NCBI GenBank assembly: GCA_963666345.1
Contig: OY762721.1
Span: 3,104,001 to 3,168,000, forward strand
Direction: 5' to 3'
DNA from: Desulfatiglandales bacterium
GTDB taxonomy: Bacteria; Desulfobacterota; DSM-4660; Desulfatiglandales; Desulfatiglandaceae
DNA: 64,000 nucleotides
Every line of letters begins with the position of its first letter. Within the stretch, counting starts at the first letter, position 1. A program made the translations under genes and the position numbers. Shown here piece by piece: positions 49,455 through 59,998 of the stretch. The notes under the pieces are model-generated. The model had not been told where the DNA came from and made no database searches. It saw only the letters and a program-made list of their open reading frames with translations.

Positions 49455-49970
49455 ATGAATAATTTTACTGATCGTATCATAAGGGCCGCGAAGCTGGATA
49501 AAAATCTTTATGAGGAGGTGGAAGCGGACAAGGGAGCCCTGGGCCAGGCTATGACCGTGGTAGTTCTTTCCAGTCTGGCGGCAGGCATCGGGGGGCTTCA
49601 AAAGGGTGGATTAGGCATGTTTTTTATCGGAATGATTCTGGCCCTTGTCGGATGGTTTATATGGGCATACCTGACATACATCATAGGGACCAAGATTCTT
49701 CCCATGCCTGAGACAAAAGCGGATTACGGCGAACTTTTAAGGACCATCGGTTTTTCCAGTTCTCCCGGTCTGATCAGAGTGTTGGGTATCATCCCGGGAC
49801 TTGCGAATTTCATATTCATGATCGCAGGGATATGGATGCTCATAGCCATGGTCATAGCGGTAAGACAGGCGCTTGATTACACAAGCACCATGCGTGCGGT
49901 CGGTGTCTGTATTATCGGCTGGATCATACAGGCGATAGTGCTTGGAATATTTTTTGGAATGATTCATTGA
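49455..49970 (+). CDS. YIP1-family membrane protein
   Basis: YEEVEAD, LLRTIGF, AVRQALD; several TM segments. Confidence 0.8.
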   Translation: MNNFTDRIIRAAKLDKNLYEEVEADKGALGQAMTVVVLSSLAAGIGGLQKGGLGMFFIGMILALVGWFIWAYLTYIIGTKILPMPETKADYGELLRTIGFSSSPGLIRVLGIIPGLANFIFMIAGIWMLIAMVIAVRQALDYTSTMRAVGVCIIGWIIQAIVLGIFFGMIH

Positions 49971-50067
49971 ATTTGATTCAAGACCTGAAGCCTTGAGTGC
50001 CGGACGGAACCGATACGGGACGCCTATCGGATCAGGTCCGCTATTATTAATATCAGGAGAATGCAAA

Positions 50068-51381
50068 TTGAACTTACTTAGTAACGTTCTTAAACATGAC
50101 GTCTTTCCTTCGCTCGGCTGCACAGAACCGATTGCCGTTGCCCAGGCAGCAAGTGCCGCAGCCAGACAGCTTGACGGCGAAATATCTAAGGTCCGTATAT
50201 CCGTGGATCCGGGGGTCTACAAAAACGGTTTTGCCGTGACCATTCCAAATACCGGAGGAGAACGGGGTAACCTGATCGCAGGTGTTATCGGGGCACTGAT
50301 CAGGCGGCCCGAATTGAAAATGGAGATAATGGGGGCGGTAACCGAGGAGATCCTGGACCGCGCCAAGGAGATTATAAAAACGGGCAGAGCCGATATCGGT
50401 TGTGACAGATCAAAAAAACAGCTTTACATTGATGTGTCTGTCAGCTCGGGAAAGGATACTGCCAGGGCGGTCGTAGAAGGCTCTCACAATAACCTTGTGA
50501 GCCTGGAAATAAACGACAGGGAAATTTTAAAATCGGATAATGCCGTTGATCGCACAGGTGATGATGAGTTGAAGAACGCGTTGAGGAATTCAAGGGTCGC
50601 AGATCTGGTTGACATGGCGGAGCAGATCGACCCTGATGACTATGAATATGTAAAGCGCGGAATCGAAATGAATCTCCGCATCAGTGAAGAGGGAAAAGGC
50701 CTGAAAAAGGTGGGTTATTATATCTCCGAATTGATATCGGAGAGGCTTCGACAGGACGATCTCATTTCATCATGTGAAGTAATAACTACCTGTGCGGCTG
50801 ATGCCAGAATGGCCGGGCTGGATCTTCCCGCCATGACAAGCGGAGGAAGCGGAAACCAGGGAATTGTCACTATCCTGGTACCCTATTTGGTCGGAAAACA
50901 CTATGCCCTGGCCGAAGAAACTATTGTTCGAAGTATCGCCCTGTCCCATTTGATAAACAGTTATATAAAGAGTTTTACCGGGGATCTGTCTCCTCTTTGT
51001 GGGTGCGCTATAGCGGCGGGGGTGGGTGCCGCAGCCGCCCTCGTATATCAACGCGCAGGCAAGGATATGGAAAAGATAACCCTGGCCGTGAACAACCTGG
51101 TCAGTGACCTGGGCGGCATGCTCTGCGACGGTGCAAAGGAGGGTTGCGCCCTGAAGGTTGCAAGTTCGACAAATTCCGCAATACGTTCCGCTCACATGGC
51201 CTTGAACGGGCATGGTATTACACAGGTTGAAGGTTTTGTCGGCGATACGGCTGAAGCCACTATCCGTAATTTGAGTATTATCGGCACGGAAGGTCTGTCT
51301 CTTGCAGATAATACAACTATCGGGATAATGATAGACAAGGAGGCCAGACGAGCCGCTAATGATCAGGCTCCGGATCAATGA
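50068..51381 (+). CDS. YhaM/CyuA-like L-cysteine desulfidase (serine dehydratase alpha-like)
   Basis: LGCTEP, DARMAG, SGNQG, LSPLCGC, CDGAKEGCALK; TTG start after AGGAG. Confidence 0.9.
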   Translation: MNLLSNVLKHDVFPSLGCTEPIAVAQAASAAARQLDGEISKVRISVDPGVYKNGFAVTIPNTGGERGNLIAGVIGALIRRPELKMEIMGAVTEEILDRAKEIIKTGRADIGCDRSKKQLYIDVSVSSGKDTARAVVEGSHNNLVSLEINDREILKSDNAVDRTGDDELKNALRNSRVADLVDMAEQIDPDDYEYVKRGIEMNLRISEEGKGLKKVGYYISELISERLRQDDLISSCEVITTCAADARMAGLDLPAMTSGGSGNQGIVTILVPYLVGKHYALAEETIVRSIALSHLINSYIKSFTGDLSPLCGCAIAAGVGAAAALVYQRAGKDMEKITLAVNNLVSDLGGMLCDGAKEGCALKVASSTNSAIRSAHMALNGHGITQVEGFVGDTAEATIRNLSIIGTEGLSLADNTTIGIMIDKEARRAANDQAPDQ

Positions 51382-51404
51382 TCAAACCTCTTATAACCAA
51401 ATAT

Positions 51405-51718
51405 GGTTCTTCTCCAATTTAGTTGTGTGAAAAGGGTTCAAGGATTCTTCGCCCTCGCTTAGCTCAGCTCAGTCCCACAGCTTCGCAGCGGGTTCCCAGC
51501 TTCCAGGGTTCCAGGGTTCAAATGGTTGATATTTAAGAATGTTATTGCTGACACATTGAATTTTATTTTGTTTGTGCGCACATATTTTATCGACTAAAAA
51601 TCAGAGTTCCATTAAATTTTTCTTTGCTTTTCACTCGCACCCTTGAACCCTCGAATCCTGACATGTTGTGCCGTGTAAAAAAGATATGCTAATTGACCAA
51701 CTAATCGGGAGAAGATCC
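51405..51718. mobile_element. Octamer-repeat MITE, complete copy
   Basis: 21-bp imperfect TIRs GGTTCTTCTCCAATTTAGTTG / CAACTAATCGGGAGAAGATCC; flanks CCAAATAT / ACAAATAT (7 of 8 identical). Confidence 0.75.
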
Positions 51719-51774
51719 ACAAATATAGAGTTGGCGCTGCCTTGACGGGGATATCAACTGCATGAATTTATTCA

Positions 51775-54700
51775 TCAATTGACGGCGGATGAGAAGTAAT
51801 GCTCTACTCCCGCCTTGAATCCTCCCTCGAACCCTCCGAGGTCTATCTTAGGATCTTTGGCCATATCGTACAGCCCCTTGAGGTTCTTATAGGTCCCGAC
51901 TGCTCCTGATCCAGTGCCCGTGTATGAGGCCTCAGGTTTTGAGTCTCCCGGCTTGGCCTTAAACTCGAAGTCACCCACCTTGATGGTGGCGCCGAAGTTG
52001 TCGGCTATTCCAAGCGCGAACTTCTTGGCTGCAGCCATAATCTCCTTGTAATCGCTCATCTGAAGGGAAAAGGCGCTCACCGACCAGATGGAGGAACTGA
52101 CGCCGACCAGGCCTCCCACGATGAAGTCAAGGCCGTCCTTCCACAAATCACTGAAAACCCTTTCAACCATGGCCCCCCTGTCTCCCGTGTGGAGCATCGA
52201 GATGGTCTCAAAGGTGTTCGGATTTACCTCAAGCCAGGCCCAGTGGGGTTTACCCCTGATTATTGCCGGCTTGGAAGGAAAGAGGGCCACGTTAGGGCTT
52301 TCTTCAAGCAGCCGGATCATCCGCTCCGGGTATCCCTGTTCCCTCATGGAGTCGTAGAACTGATAACGGTCGTTAGCCGAAAGCCACATGAGCCTGGTGT
52401 CTGCCGGATAACGAGCGAGCATCCCGAAGAACCCGCTCCCCCCCCGGGGCAGGACGCTTTCCTCCAGTTTGGATGCGTATATGCCGCTCATGATGTTGAA
52501 GGCGTGTTTTGCCTCCTCTGTCGGGCCTGAATCGGGAATGGCCCGGTCAAGCATGGCCTTGCGGGTTCCCTCGTGCACCTGATTAACGGTCCGTGCCAGA
52601 TCTATGGTAGTTATGAGAGATTTATCCCGGGCAGATTTTCGCACACTTACGGCTACGCACCTGGGTCTTTCGTTTCGGCCGGTCAACAGGTCCAGTTTTT
52701 CGGCGATCTCGTTTTCATATCGGCTCTGGGCGCAGACAAAACGGTAGATCAGATTCCTGGTAAACCACCTGAGAGCCGAAAGGTTGGAGGGGGCCTCGGA
52801 TGTGCCATGTCTTTTTTCCATGGCCTCATCAAGTGCCTCAAGACCTTTTTGATTTAGGTCGGGCAGGTTGATGCCCAGGGTGTGGAAGCGATCAACTATT
52901 TGCTCTTTTTCCTCAAGACTGTTTTCAAGTACCACTGTTTCGCTTCCCATGGAAATCTCTATACGTTCACCAACGATGTTGTATTGACCGGTATCGATAA
53001 TCTCACTTCCGATAACGCGTTTATCCACCCCTTCAAATATCGCCTTCACCACAGGCCCGTTCTGGAAACCAACAACTGTGTAGCCTATGTCGACCGCACC
53101 CCTGGAAAGTTCCGGCAGGGAGGGGTTGGCGGTTAACATATAGATAGAAGCAGGTTCATCCGAGTCGCTTTCACCTGCCAGGCCGTTTGAAAGATCCCTT
53201 GCCGCCTGATTCTGGCCCTCCTGTATCGGTATTGCCAGCAGTGACACAGTTATGGTCGTTCCCTGTGGATCCAAAGAAATTTCGTACGGTTCAACGGGCT
53301 TTACCAGCCCTTTGAGACGGGTTATGTGTTCCATGAAAGGTGCAACCAGGACATATTTGAGCCCTTTGGGATCCCTGTAGGAAAGGGCTGGGAGTTTTTC
53401 AAGCTCGACATCCACAAGCCCGGCCCTTGCCGCAAGGGCTTCTCTTCCCTTTTCTGTCAGCAGGACTTCGCTGCGTTCGGCTGCAAAACCCTGCCTGGCA
53501 AGAACTATTTCCGCCATGCGGGCAAAGTCACCCTCCGTGCCCCATGACTGGGCCATCACGGCTTCAGGTGCGAACATGTGCGCCCAGCCCGTCTGCCGTG
53601 AGGGAAGAAAGCGGATGCGGCAAAGTCTTTTCCTAAGTGCCTCTATATCCCTGATATCTTTGAAGCTCAAAGCCCCTGCCTGTACAAAGTCGGGTACTGG
53701 TACGGATTCGGCAGGAGGCGCCTCGTTGTCGAACCGCTTCTGTTTCGGTTTGTATGCACCCGGTCTCTTAATGTTTTGAGACTCATGCCGTCTTTTTGCG
53801 CACGCCACGGCTTCGTTGAGGGCGGCAATGTAGCTGTCGCTTAATTCAAGATCGATATCCATGCGTTCGGCAAGCAGGCGTTCGTGACTGTATATTCCAT
53901 CACCCAGCTCCGCCTTAAGGTCTTTGAACAGGGGGGAGGTCAGCTCCCAATCCGCCGGATCTGTATCACCGAAAGGAAGCTTGAAAACCACCAGCCCCCT
54001 GAGACTCCGTCCGTCCGGAATAACCGTTTCATCCGTGATACCAAAGATGAGTTGTTCTGTAACGGAGTCAGGCGGCATGATTCCGACAGGTATTATGGCA
54101 TTACCGGCGGCAAAAGAGGCAAGACCCTTTGACCGGGTAAGCTCCGGGCCGGCCATCTGCGTGCCGGAAGTCCTCTTTTCAGTGAAGCCCTTTTTCTTGA
54201 GTATGAAGGCCCCTGTCATGGCCGTAGCCTTGCCGTCTCTGGCATCAAAGAGGGTGAGATCGGCCACGAACATATCCTCCGAGTCCCTGTAGCGCTCGAT
54301 CCGGTTAACTTTCAGATCGATGCCGTCTCCTTTCAGGCTGTCCGCAGGGGAAGGAACGACAGGTGCCTTTTCAGCCTGCTCATCAAGGGGAATGACGACG
54401 CCTCCCCCTTTGACATCCACGACCAGTTCGCCCTTTCCGGCCTCGGCAGCGATATCGCCCGGCACTCTGAAGACAAGACGTATCCGGTTGTTGGAGCCGG
54501 GTGCCAGCATGGTGGGTGCCATGAAACCGAGCGGCAGAAGTCCTGTTAAGTTATGGAGCCTGACAGGGAGCGCACCTTCCCTGGTGTTCATGCGAAGTGA
54601 GAAGCGTTCGGCAGGCCTGATATCCAGGAGGGCCTGGACCTTCGAGATCATGTCCGCCTCGACAATACGGAAGATTGCATCGGAACCGGCTTCATGACGG

Positions 54701-57700
54701 CCGATTTTTTCAACATCCCTTACCTCCCTGATGGCGAGAGCAAAGGTCTTGGAAAGCTCTGACGGCGGTTTTGCGGGAAGGTCACTTATGCGGTCCGGAT
54801 CTAAAGGCAGGGTTCCAACCAGCGGCAGGTCGAAGTGCCCGTAGTTCATGTCGTAAAAATGCAGTGACATCTGATGCATGGCCGCCTCCGGGACCATAAA
54901 AACGAGCGCGCCGACAACGGTCTCTTCGGGACTCACTGCCAGGCTGTTTTCACCAGGCATGGTCAGGGGCGCCTGCGTAAGCCATGTGGCAGGTGACAGA
55001 GGCACCATATGCTCACTGTTCCAGCGAAGAAAAAGGTGCCTTTTCATATCAGGTATGACATAGGTCGGTACCATCTTAACCGTCTTTCCTCTGGTAGCAG
55101 CCTCATTTCCAACCCAGGAAGCGGGATGGCTGGTACCGTCCGGATAGACCGTCACCTCCTGCTCAGGCAGGACATTCCGAATTTCAAGGACAAGCGAGAG
55201 AAAACGGCTGCCTTCAGGTGCATCCAACCCCTTGAGACGGTTTAAGAACAGTGCCTCTTTTGCGGTGAACAGGGCCGCCTGATTTTTACCGCTGACACCT
55301 ATCGGAATACGCTTGATTATCCTGGCGTCTCGTACCGGCATTGCGTCCCCTGTCACCAGACTGGCTGTCCCTGAATCATAGCGGGTCTTAAGGGGCCTTA
55401 TCCGGTAACTGATGCTGGCGGGTATTTCTATCCCGGCGCCTTCCCCGGGAGCGGGCATTAATGCCTGGGCGGCATTTGCGAAGGTCAGGTTACGGCCTGA
55501 TTTTTGACGATATCTCAATGTAAGTTCTATAAGGGTTTCTGCGTCACCGGTTTTCCTGGGTAGCGATTTGATATCCGAGGTTACTTGCGAGAATGTCTGT
55601 TTCAGCTTCTTGGGGTCTTCGGTAATGATATAGCGCCCGGCCGACAGTTCGGCGGCACGCTTAAACGGCTGATCATTCAGATTACCGATACCCACCCAGA
55701 GGCATTGTATGTTTTCATCGGCAAGACGGCCAAGCAGGGTCTCGAACTGAATCTGCTTTTCCTCGTCCACGCCCAGAGCCGCATCGGTTATAAATATCAT
55801 GTATCGTTTGTTTGAGGGGATGGCCGCCTGGGAGTGAAGGGCACTGTCGACCGCACCCAGGATGTTGGTGCCGCCTCCTGCGTAGAATTGCGCGACCCCG
55901 GTTAGCAGTTCGCCTTTGTTAGAGGTGGTCACCTGGTTGACGTAGACATCGTCCTCAAAGGCCATGACCTGGCCCAGGATATCATCCGGAAGGGTGACGA
56001 TAAAATCGTGGAGCAGGTTTTTTACCTTGTCGATCCGGTAGTCACAACCCGATTTATCAGGAGTGGTGTCCATGGACCCGCTTATATCGACCATGAATGT
56101 GACGACCGGGACATCAGATGGACGCGCTCCGGCAGGTCTTTTATAGCGGGCAATAAAGGTGCTGGTCAAACTGGAGTTAATGACTGAAAAGGCATCACTG
56201 AGCGCGTTCGGGTCACTTGCCGGATAATAGTTTCCTCCTGAAAGCGAGGAGATGCGGTTGAGGGTGTTGACATCATGCCCTTTTCCAAAACCTATGGTAA
56301 AGACAGGAATGCCTGCCTGGGAGACCCTGTCAAGGACTTCTTTTTTAGTGGCCTTGCTGCCCGGCCCGGTGTCGTTATAATTGGCGTCAAAGCCGTCGGT
56401 AAACACCAGCAGGGCGGGACGGTCGGCCCCTTGAAGCATATCAAGCCCCATCAGGATGGAATCGTTAAGAGCAGTGGCGCCGTTGGCCCTTACGCCTTTA
56501 AGCCCCTTTAAGACCTCGGCCCTGCTCTTGCCTTTTATGGGGCGGGGTTTGGTGTCAAAATCTACCACGCGCAGTGATGCGTCCTCAGGCAGGGACTCGA
56601 TAAATTTGCGTGTGGCATTCAGCGCCTTTTTCATCTGCCCCTTCATCGATCCGGAGGAGTCTATCAGCATTACAATTTCGAGAGGTACCGGGCTGCGTTC
56701 CACGCCGAGCACATGTGCGGGCGCACCTCCCTCCTTTATTTCGAGACCGCCTGGCTCAGGTAAGACAGCGGCTGCATCACGGCCCAGCAGTGTGAAAGTG
56801 ACATCCACCTCGTCTCCGGATCTCTTGACACGGTTTATCCTGAGACCTGCGTCCCCTTCTTCACCGAACACCGTTGTCATGGCCAGGGGCCAGTCAAGCA
56901 GGGTTTCCTTTCCAGAGTGGACCGGTATATGGAGCGCGCGGAGGGCGCATGCCTTCTGCCTGGCCTTGGGGCCTACCTCCACCTGCCAGAGCCCTGCCGG
57001 CAGGAGAAAAAAGGAGTCACCTTCAGGGGTGACATCGCCATTTTCGAATCCGCTGCCGCCCGGAAATTCAGGGTGCTCGGTGTAGGTCGTGGTGCCGAAG
57101 GGTATGGCAGGGAGCACCTTGGCAAGGCCGTAGGGTATGTTTTTTATGCGGATGGCACCCGGTTTCTGGCCCATTTCGACTTTGGGGACAGGAAAGTCAT
57201 ATTCGACAAGTTCTACCGTGATGTCTGTCAGTGGATTTCCCTGGTCACTGGTTAGGCTGAACAGGCACCTTCCCGCCTCCTGCGGGATATCGTCTATGAC
57301 GAAACGGTTGGATCTGATGCTTGCCATGTACCACTTGTTATTGATCACGCGTCTATAGGCGCCTGACCTGATGGTCAGTTCGGCCTGAAGGCTGACTTCT
57401 CCATCAGGCACTGTTACGATGATGGAACGGAATTTCCCACCCGGGTTGTCTGTATGGAAACGGACATCAAGAACCCCCTCATCCCCCATCTTGAACGTGG
57501 CAGGGCGGCCGGGAATAAGCCTGAATTCCTTCACTATGGTAAGGTCCATGCCGTATTCGATAAGCGCCTTGCACCACCATAGAGTGGTATCATTTTCTTC
57601 AACCGAAAAAATGGCCATGTAGTTGTCAAAGTGATGGATCTTGCCGTTGATCGATTCTGCGTAGGCCCTGAGCTGATCGCGCACCGCCTCCTGATTTTTG

Positions 57701-58014
57701 CTTTCAGCCGCCTGCAGGTACCAGGTCTCACCTTGGACAAGGACTGTGCGCAATGCGTCTCCCTCAGGTATCTGCAATTCAAGCGAGCTGTCTTTGGAGT
57801 AGTTGAGATTCTGGTATAGAGACAAATCTCCTGCAGGATTTATAAGAGGAGCCGGGATTTCATCCGGGTCCATGCACAGACCTGTTGAAAAGGTGATCAT
57901 GATCGAAAGGGAAGCGAATGTCAGGGCGGAAATATAATGTCGGATTAGGCCTGCCTTCAGGGATTTGCAGGTTAGGCTTCGCTGTAGGCTGATAACAGAT
58001 CTAAAGAAAGTCAT
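51775..58014 (-). CDS. Giant exported protein with two VWA domains (~2080 aa)
   Basis: MIDAS motifs IDSSGS..T..FTDG and VDISGS..T..ITDA; hydrophobic N-terminal segment; AAAGGA RBS before ATG 58014. Confidence 0.85.
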   Translation of the reverse strand: MTFFRSVISLQRSLTCKSLKAGLIRHYISALTFASLSIMITFSTGLCMDPDEIPAPLINPAGDLSLYQNLNYSKDSSLELQIPEGDALRTVLVQGETWYLQAAESKNQEAVRDQLRAYAESINGKIHHFDNYMAIFSVEENDTTLWWCKALIEYGMDLTIVKEFRLIPGRPATFKMGDEGVLDVRFHTDNPGGKFRSIIVTVPDGEVSLQAELTIRSGAYRRVINNKWYMASIRSNRFVIDDIPQEAGRCLFSLTSDQGNPLTDITVELVEYDFPVPKVEMGQKPGAIRIKNIPYGLAKVLPAIPFGTTTYTEHPEFPGGSGFENGDVTPEGDSFFLLPAGLWQVEVGPKARQKACALRALHIPVHSGKETLLDWPLAMTTVFGEEGDAGLRINRVKRSGDEVDVTFTLLGRDAAAVLPEPGGLEIKEGGAPAHVLGVERSPVPLEIVMLIDSSGSMKGQMKKALNATRKFIESLPEDASLRVVDFDTKPRPIKGKSRAEVLKGLKGVRANGATALNDSILMGLDMLQGADRPALLVFTDGFDANYNDTGPGSKATKKEVLDRVSQAGIPVFTIGFGKGHDVNTLNRISSLSGGNYYPASDPNALSDAFSVINSSLTSTFIARYKRPAGARPSDVPVVTFMVDISGSMDTTPDKSGCDYRIDKVKNLLHDFIVTLPDDILGQVMAFEDDVYVNQVTTSNKGELLTGVAQFYAGGGTNILGAVDSALHSQAAIPSNKRYMIFITDAALGVDEEKQIQFETLLGRLADENIQCLWVGIGNLNDQPFKRAAELSAGRYIITEDPKKLKQTFSQVTSDIKSLPRKTGDAETLIELTLRYRQKSGRNLTFANAAQALMPAPGEGAGIEIPASISYRIRPLKTRYDSGTASLVTGDAMPVRDARIIKRIPIGVSGKNQAALFTAKEALFLNRLKGLDAPEGSRFLSLVLEIRNVLPEQEVTVYPDGTSHPASWVGNEAATRGKTVKMVPTYVIPDMKRHLFLRWNSEHMVPLSPATWLTQAPLTMPGENSLAVSPEETVVGALVFMVPEAAMHQMSLHFYDMNYGHFDLPLVGTLPLDPDRISDLPAKPPSELSKTFALAIREVRDVEKIGRHEAGSDAIFRIVEADMISKVQALLDIRPAERFSLRMNTREGALPVRLHNLTGLLPLGFMAPTMLAPGSNNRIRLVFRVPGDIAAEAGKGELVVDVKGGGVVIPLDEQAEKAPVVPSPADSLKGDGIDLKVNRIERYRDSEDMFVADLTLFDARDGKATAMTGAFILKKKGFTEKRTSGTQMAGPELTRSKGLASFAAGNAIIPVGIMPPDSVTEQLIFGITDETVIPDGRSLRGLVVFKLPFGDTDPADWELTSPLFKDLKAELGDGIYSHERLLAERMDIDLELSDSYIAALNEAVACAKRRHESQNIKRPGAYKPKQKRFDNEAPPAESVPVPDFVQAGALSFKDIRDIEALRKRLCRIRFLPSRQTGWAHMFAPEAVMAQSWGTEGDFARMAEIVLARQGFAAERSEVLLTEKGREALAARAGLVDVELEKLPALSYRDPKGLKYVLVAPFMEHITRLKGLVKPVEPYEISLDPQGTTITVSLLAIPIQEGQNQAARDLSNGLAGESDSDEPASIYMLTANPSLPELSRGAVDIGYTVVGFQNGPVVKAIFEGVDKRVIGSEIIDTGQYNIVGERIEISMGSETVVLENSLEEKEQIVDRFHTLGINLPDLNQKGLEALDEAMEKRHGTSEAPSNLSALRWFTRNLIYRFVCAQSRYENEIAEKLDLLTGRNERPRCVAVSVRKSARDKSLITTIDLARTVNQVHEGTRKAMLDRAIPDSGPTEEAKHAFNIMSGIYASKLEESVLPRGGSGFFGMLARYPADTRLMWLSANDRYQFYDSMREQGYPERMIRLLEESPNVALFPSKPAIIRGKPHWAWLEVNPNTFETISMLHTGDRGAMVERVFSDLWKDGLDFIVGGLVGVSSSIWSVSAFSLQMSDYKEIMAAAKKFALGIADNFGATIKVGDFEFKAKPGDSKPEASYTGTGSGAVGTYKNLKGLYDMAKDPKIDLGGFEGGFKAGVEHYFSSAVN

Positions 58015-58241
58015 GGTAATATCCTTTCTTATGTATATTGAAGATATAGCGGCATAGGTGCTGAAAAGGGCAAGGGTCTTAATAGTCATAAAGCGTATTA
58101 ATGCCTCAGTGAGTTCAATCCTTTTAACATACGGTATCGTTTTGTTCAACAATACCGTATGTTCCCATACCCAGGGAAACTTAGGATACATATCTGAAGT
58201 GAAAGGGAAAGGCGGGTGTTTTGTTGATTGAATGAAAATTT

Positions 58242-58270
58242 GCCTGGAGGAATTGTTAATCCCTCCAGGC
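58242..58270 (-). terminator. Hairpin after the osmoprotectant transporter operon
   Basis: GCCTGGAGG...CCTCCAGGC. Confidence 0.55.
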
Positions 58271-58284
58271 CTTTAACCGAAAGG

Positions 58285-59196
58285 TTAATTTATTGCATCT
58301 ATTTCCTTGAGCCAGGCAGTTGCTACCTCGCGTACCTGCTTGTGTTCCACATCGACTGAGGCATTGAGTTGCTGCATTTTTTCAGTTGTCATATTATCTG
58401 CAATGGGCTTCAAGATTTCCCTGATCTCAGGATATTTATCTAAAACCTCTTTTCGAACAACCGGCACGGGATTGTAGACAGGGAAAAATAGTTTGTCATC
58501 AATCAGGTTGACAAATCCAAAGGCCGCTATGCGGCCGTCCGTGGCAAAACCCATCGCCGAATTAACCAGGCCTTCCTTGAGGGCCTTATAGGTGAGGCCG
58601 ATAGACATCTTTTTGACCTGTTTGGCGGGCAATTTGAATTTATAGGTCTTCATGACTTTCTTGAAACCATCTGGTCGTTCCCAGAATTCCGAATCAAGCG
58701 CAAAGATGAGTTCGTCCGGATTTTCATTTACGTACCCTGCAAGGTCGGAGATGGTTTTGAGACCAAGGGAGTCGGCCTGGGATTTTTTCATCATCAGCGT
58801 ATAGGTGTTGTTGAATTTTACAGGGTCGAGCCATATAAGGTTTTTTTTCTCGTCCGCTTTTTTGACCCAGTCGTAGACCTTTTCAGGTACGGTCATGATT
58901 TCCATGTCCTTTTGCTTGTAGTAAAGAGTGTAGGCCGTACCGGTGTATTCGAAATAGATGTCGAACTGGTCGCTTTCCAGAGACTTTCTTGCGATAACCG
59001 AACCGACCCCCGTTTTCAGGGTTACGTCAAATCCCTTATCCTGAAGAAGGATGCCTGCCAGCTCTGAAAGGAGATACTGCTCAGTAAAGTTTTTGCCGCC
59101 CACGATGATCTTTTTATCCTTGGCAAGAAGAGTGCCGGGCAAAAGAAAAGTTAGAACGATAATAGCGGACACAAATAGTTGAATGATTCTTTTCAT
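58285..59196 (-). CDS. Osmoprotectant ABC transporter substrate-binding protein (OpuCC/OsmF-like)
   Basis: GGKNFTEQ, EYTGT, NNTY, TDGRI, FFPVY. Confidence 0.93.
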   Translation of the reverse strand: MKRIIQLFVSAIIVLTFLLPGTLLAKDKKIIVGGKNFTEQYLLSELAGILLQDKGFDVTLKTGVGSVIARKSLESDQFDIYFEYTGTAYTLYYKQKDMEIMTVPEKVYDWVKKADEKKNLIWLDPVKFNNTYTLMMKKSQADSLGLKTISDLAGYVNENPDELIFALDSEFWERPDGFKKVMKTYKFKLPAKQVKKMSIGLTYKALKEGLVNSAMGFATDGRIAAFGFVNLIDDKLFFPVYNPVPVVRKEVLDKYPEIREILKPIADNMTTEKMQQLNASVDVEHKQVREVATAWLKEIDAIN

Positions 59197-59266
59197 ATCT
59201 TTTTCTCCTTATTTTGACTTTCGGCGCAATGTGAAGCGCCTTGCATGGTTAGTGTTTGTAATCTTT

Positions 59267-59998
59267 TCAGCCGGAAAGGCGCAGCCCTTTTGAGATCAGG
59301 ATGTATCCCATAAAATCGGCGAGGCCGTCTGCAATAAGGGCCATGAGGGTGATCGGGATGGCACCGGCCAGGAGTTTTTCCGTCTGCATCAGACTGATTC
59401 CGGTAAATATGAGATCCCCCAGCCCCCCGGCGCCGATTAGATAGGACAGAGCGGCTGTTCCGATATTGATAATGAGGGCGATCCTGAATCCTGTGATAAT
59501 TACCTTCATGGCATTGGGAAGTTCTACTTCAAAAAGGATCTTTAAGGGAGTCATTCCCATGCCTCTGGCTGCATCTATGAAAGAAGTCGGTACCGCCGTT
59601 ATGCCGGCCAGGGTGTTTCTTGCTATGGGAAGAATGGAATATATGGAAAGGGCAAAAATCGCCGGCTTCAAGCCGATACCGAGAAAGCTCATTGCGATTG
59701 CGAGAACCGCAAGGGAAGGGATGGTCTGTCCCAGCCCTACAATGTACATGCAGATACCGGCGTACCGGCGAAACCTCTTTCTGGTGAGAATAATTCCCGC
59801 ACCTAATCCTATGATCGTTGCAAAGGTCATGCTTATGGCCACGATATAGAGGTGCTGCACCAAGAGTTCTATAATGACGGGATATTCGTAAGGGTCGGAA
59901 AGATATTCAACCAGGCCGGTTCTCTCGGCCATGACTCCGGCAATGAGGATTATGAGCATCAGCATGAGTCGGTATGTCTTTCCCATAAGTTTATTCAT
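59267..59998 (-). CDS. Osmoprotectant ABC permease
   Basis: QTIPSLA, DAARGMGM, GAGGLG; true start MNKLMGK. Confidence 0.9.
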   Translation of the reverse strand: MNKLMGKTYRLMLMLIILIAGVMAERTGLVEYLSDPYEYPVIIELLVQHLYIVAISMTFATIIGLGAGIILTRKRFRRYAGICMYIVGLGQTIPSLAVLAIAMSFLGIGLKPAIFALSIYSILPIARNTLAGITAVPTSFIDAARGMGMTPLKILFEVELPNAMKVIITGFRIALIINIGTAALSYLIGAGGLGDLIFTGISLMQTEKLLAGAIPITLMALIADGLADFMGYILISKGLRLSG

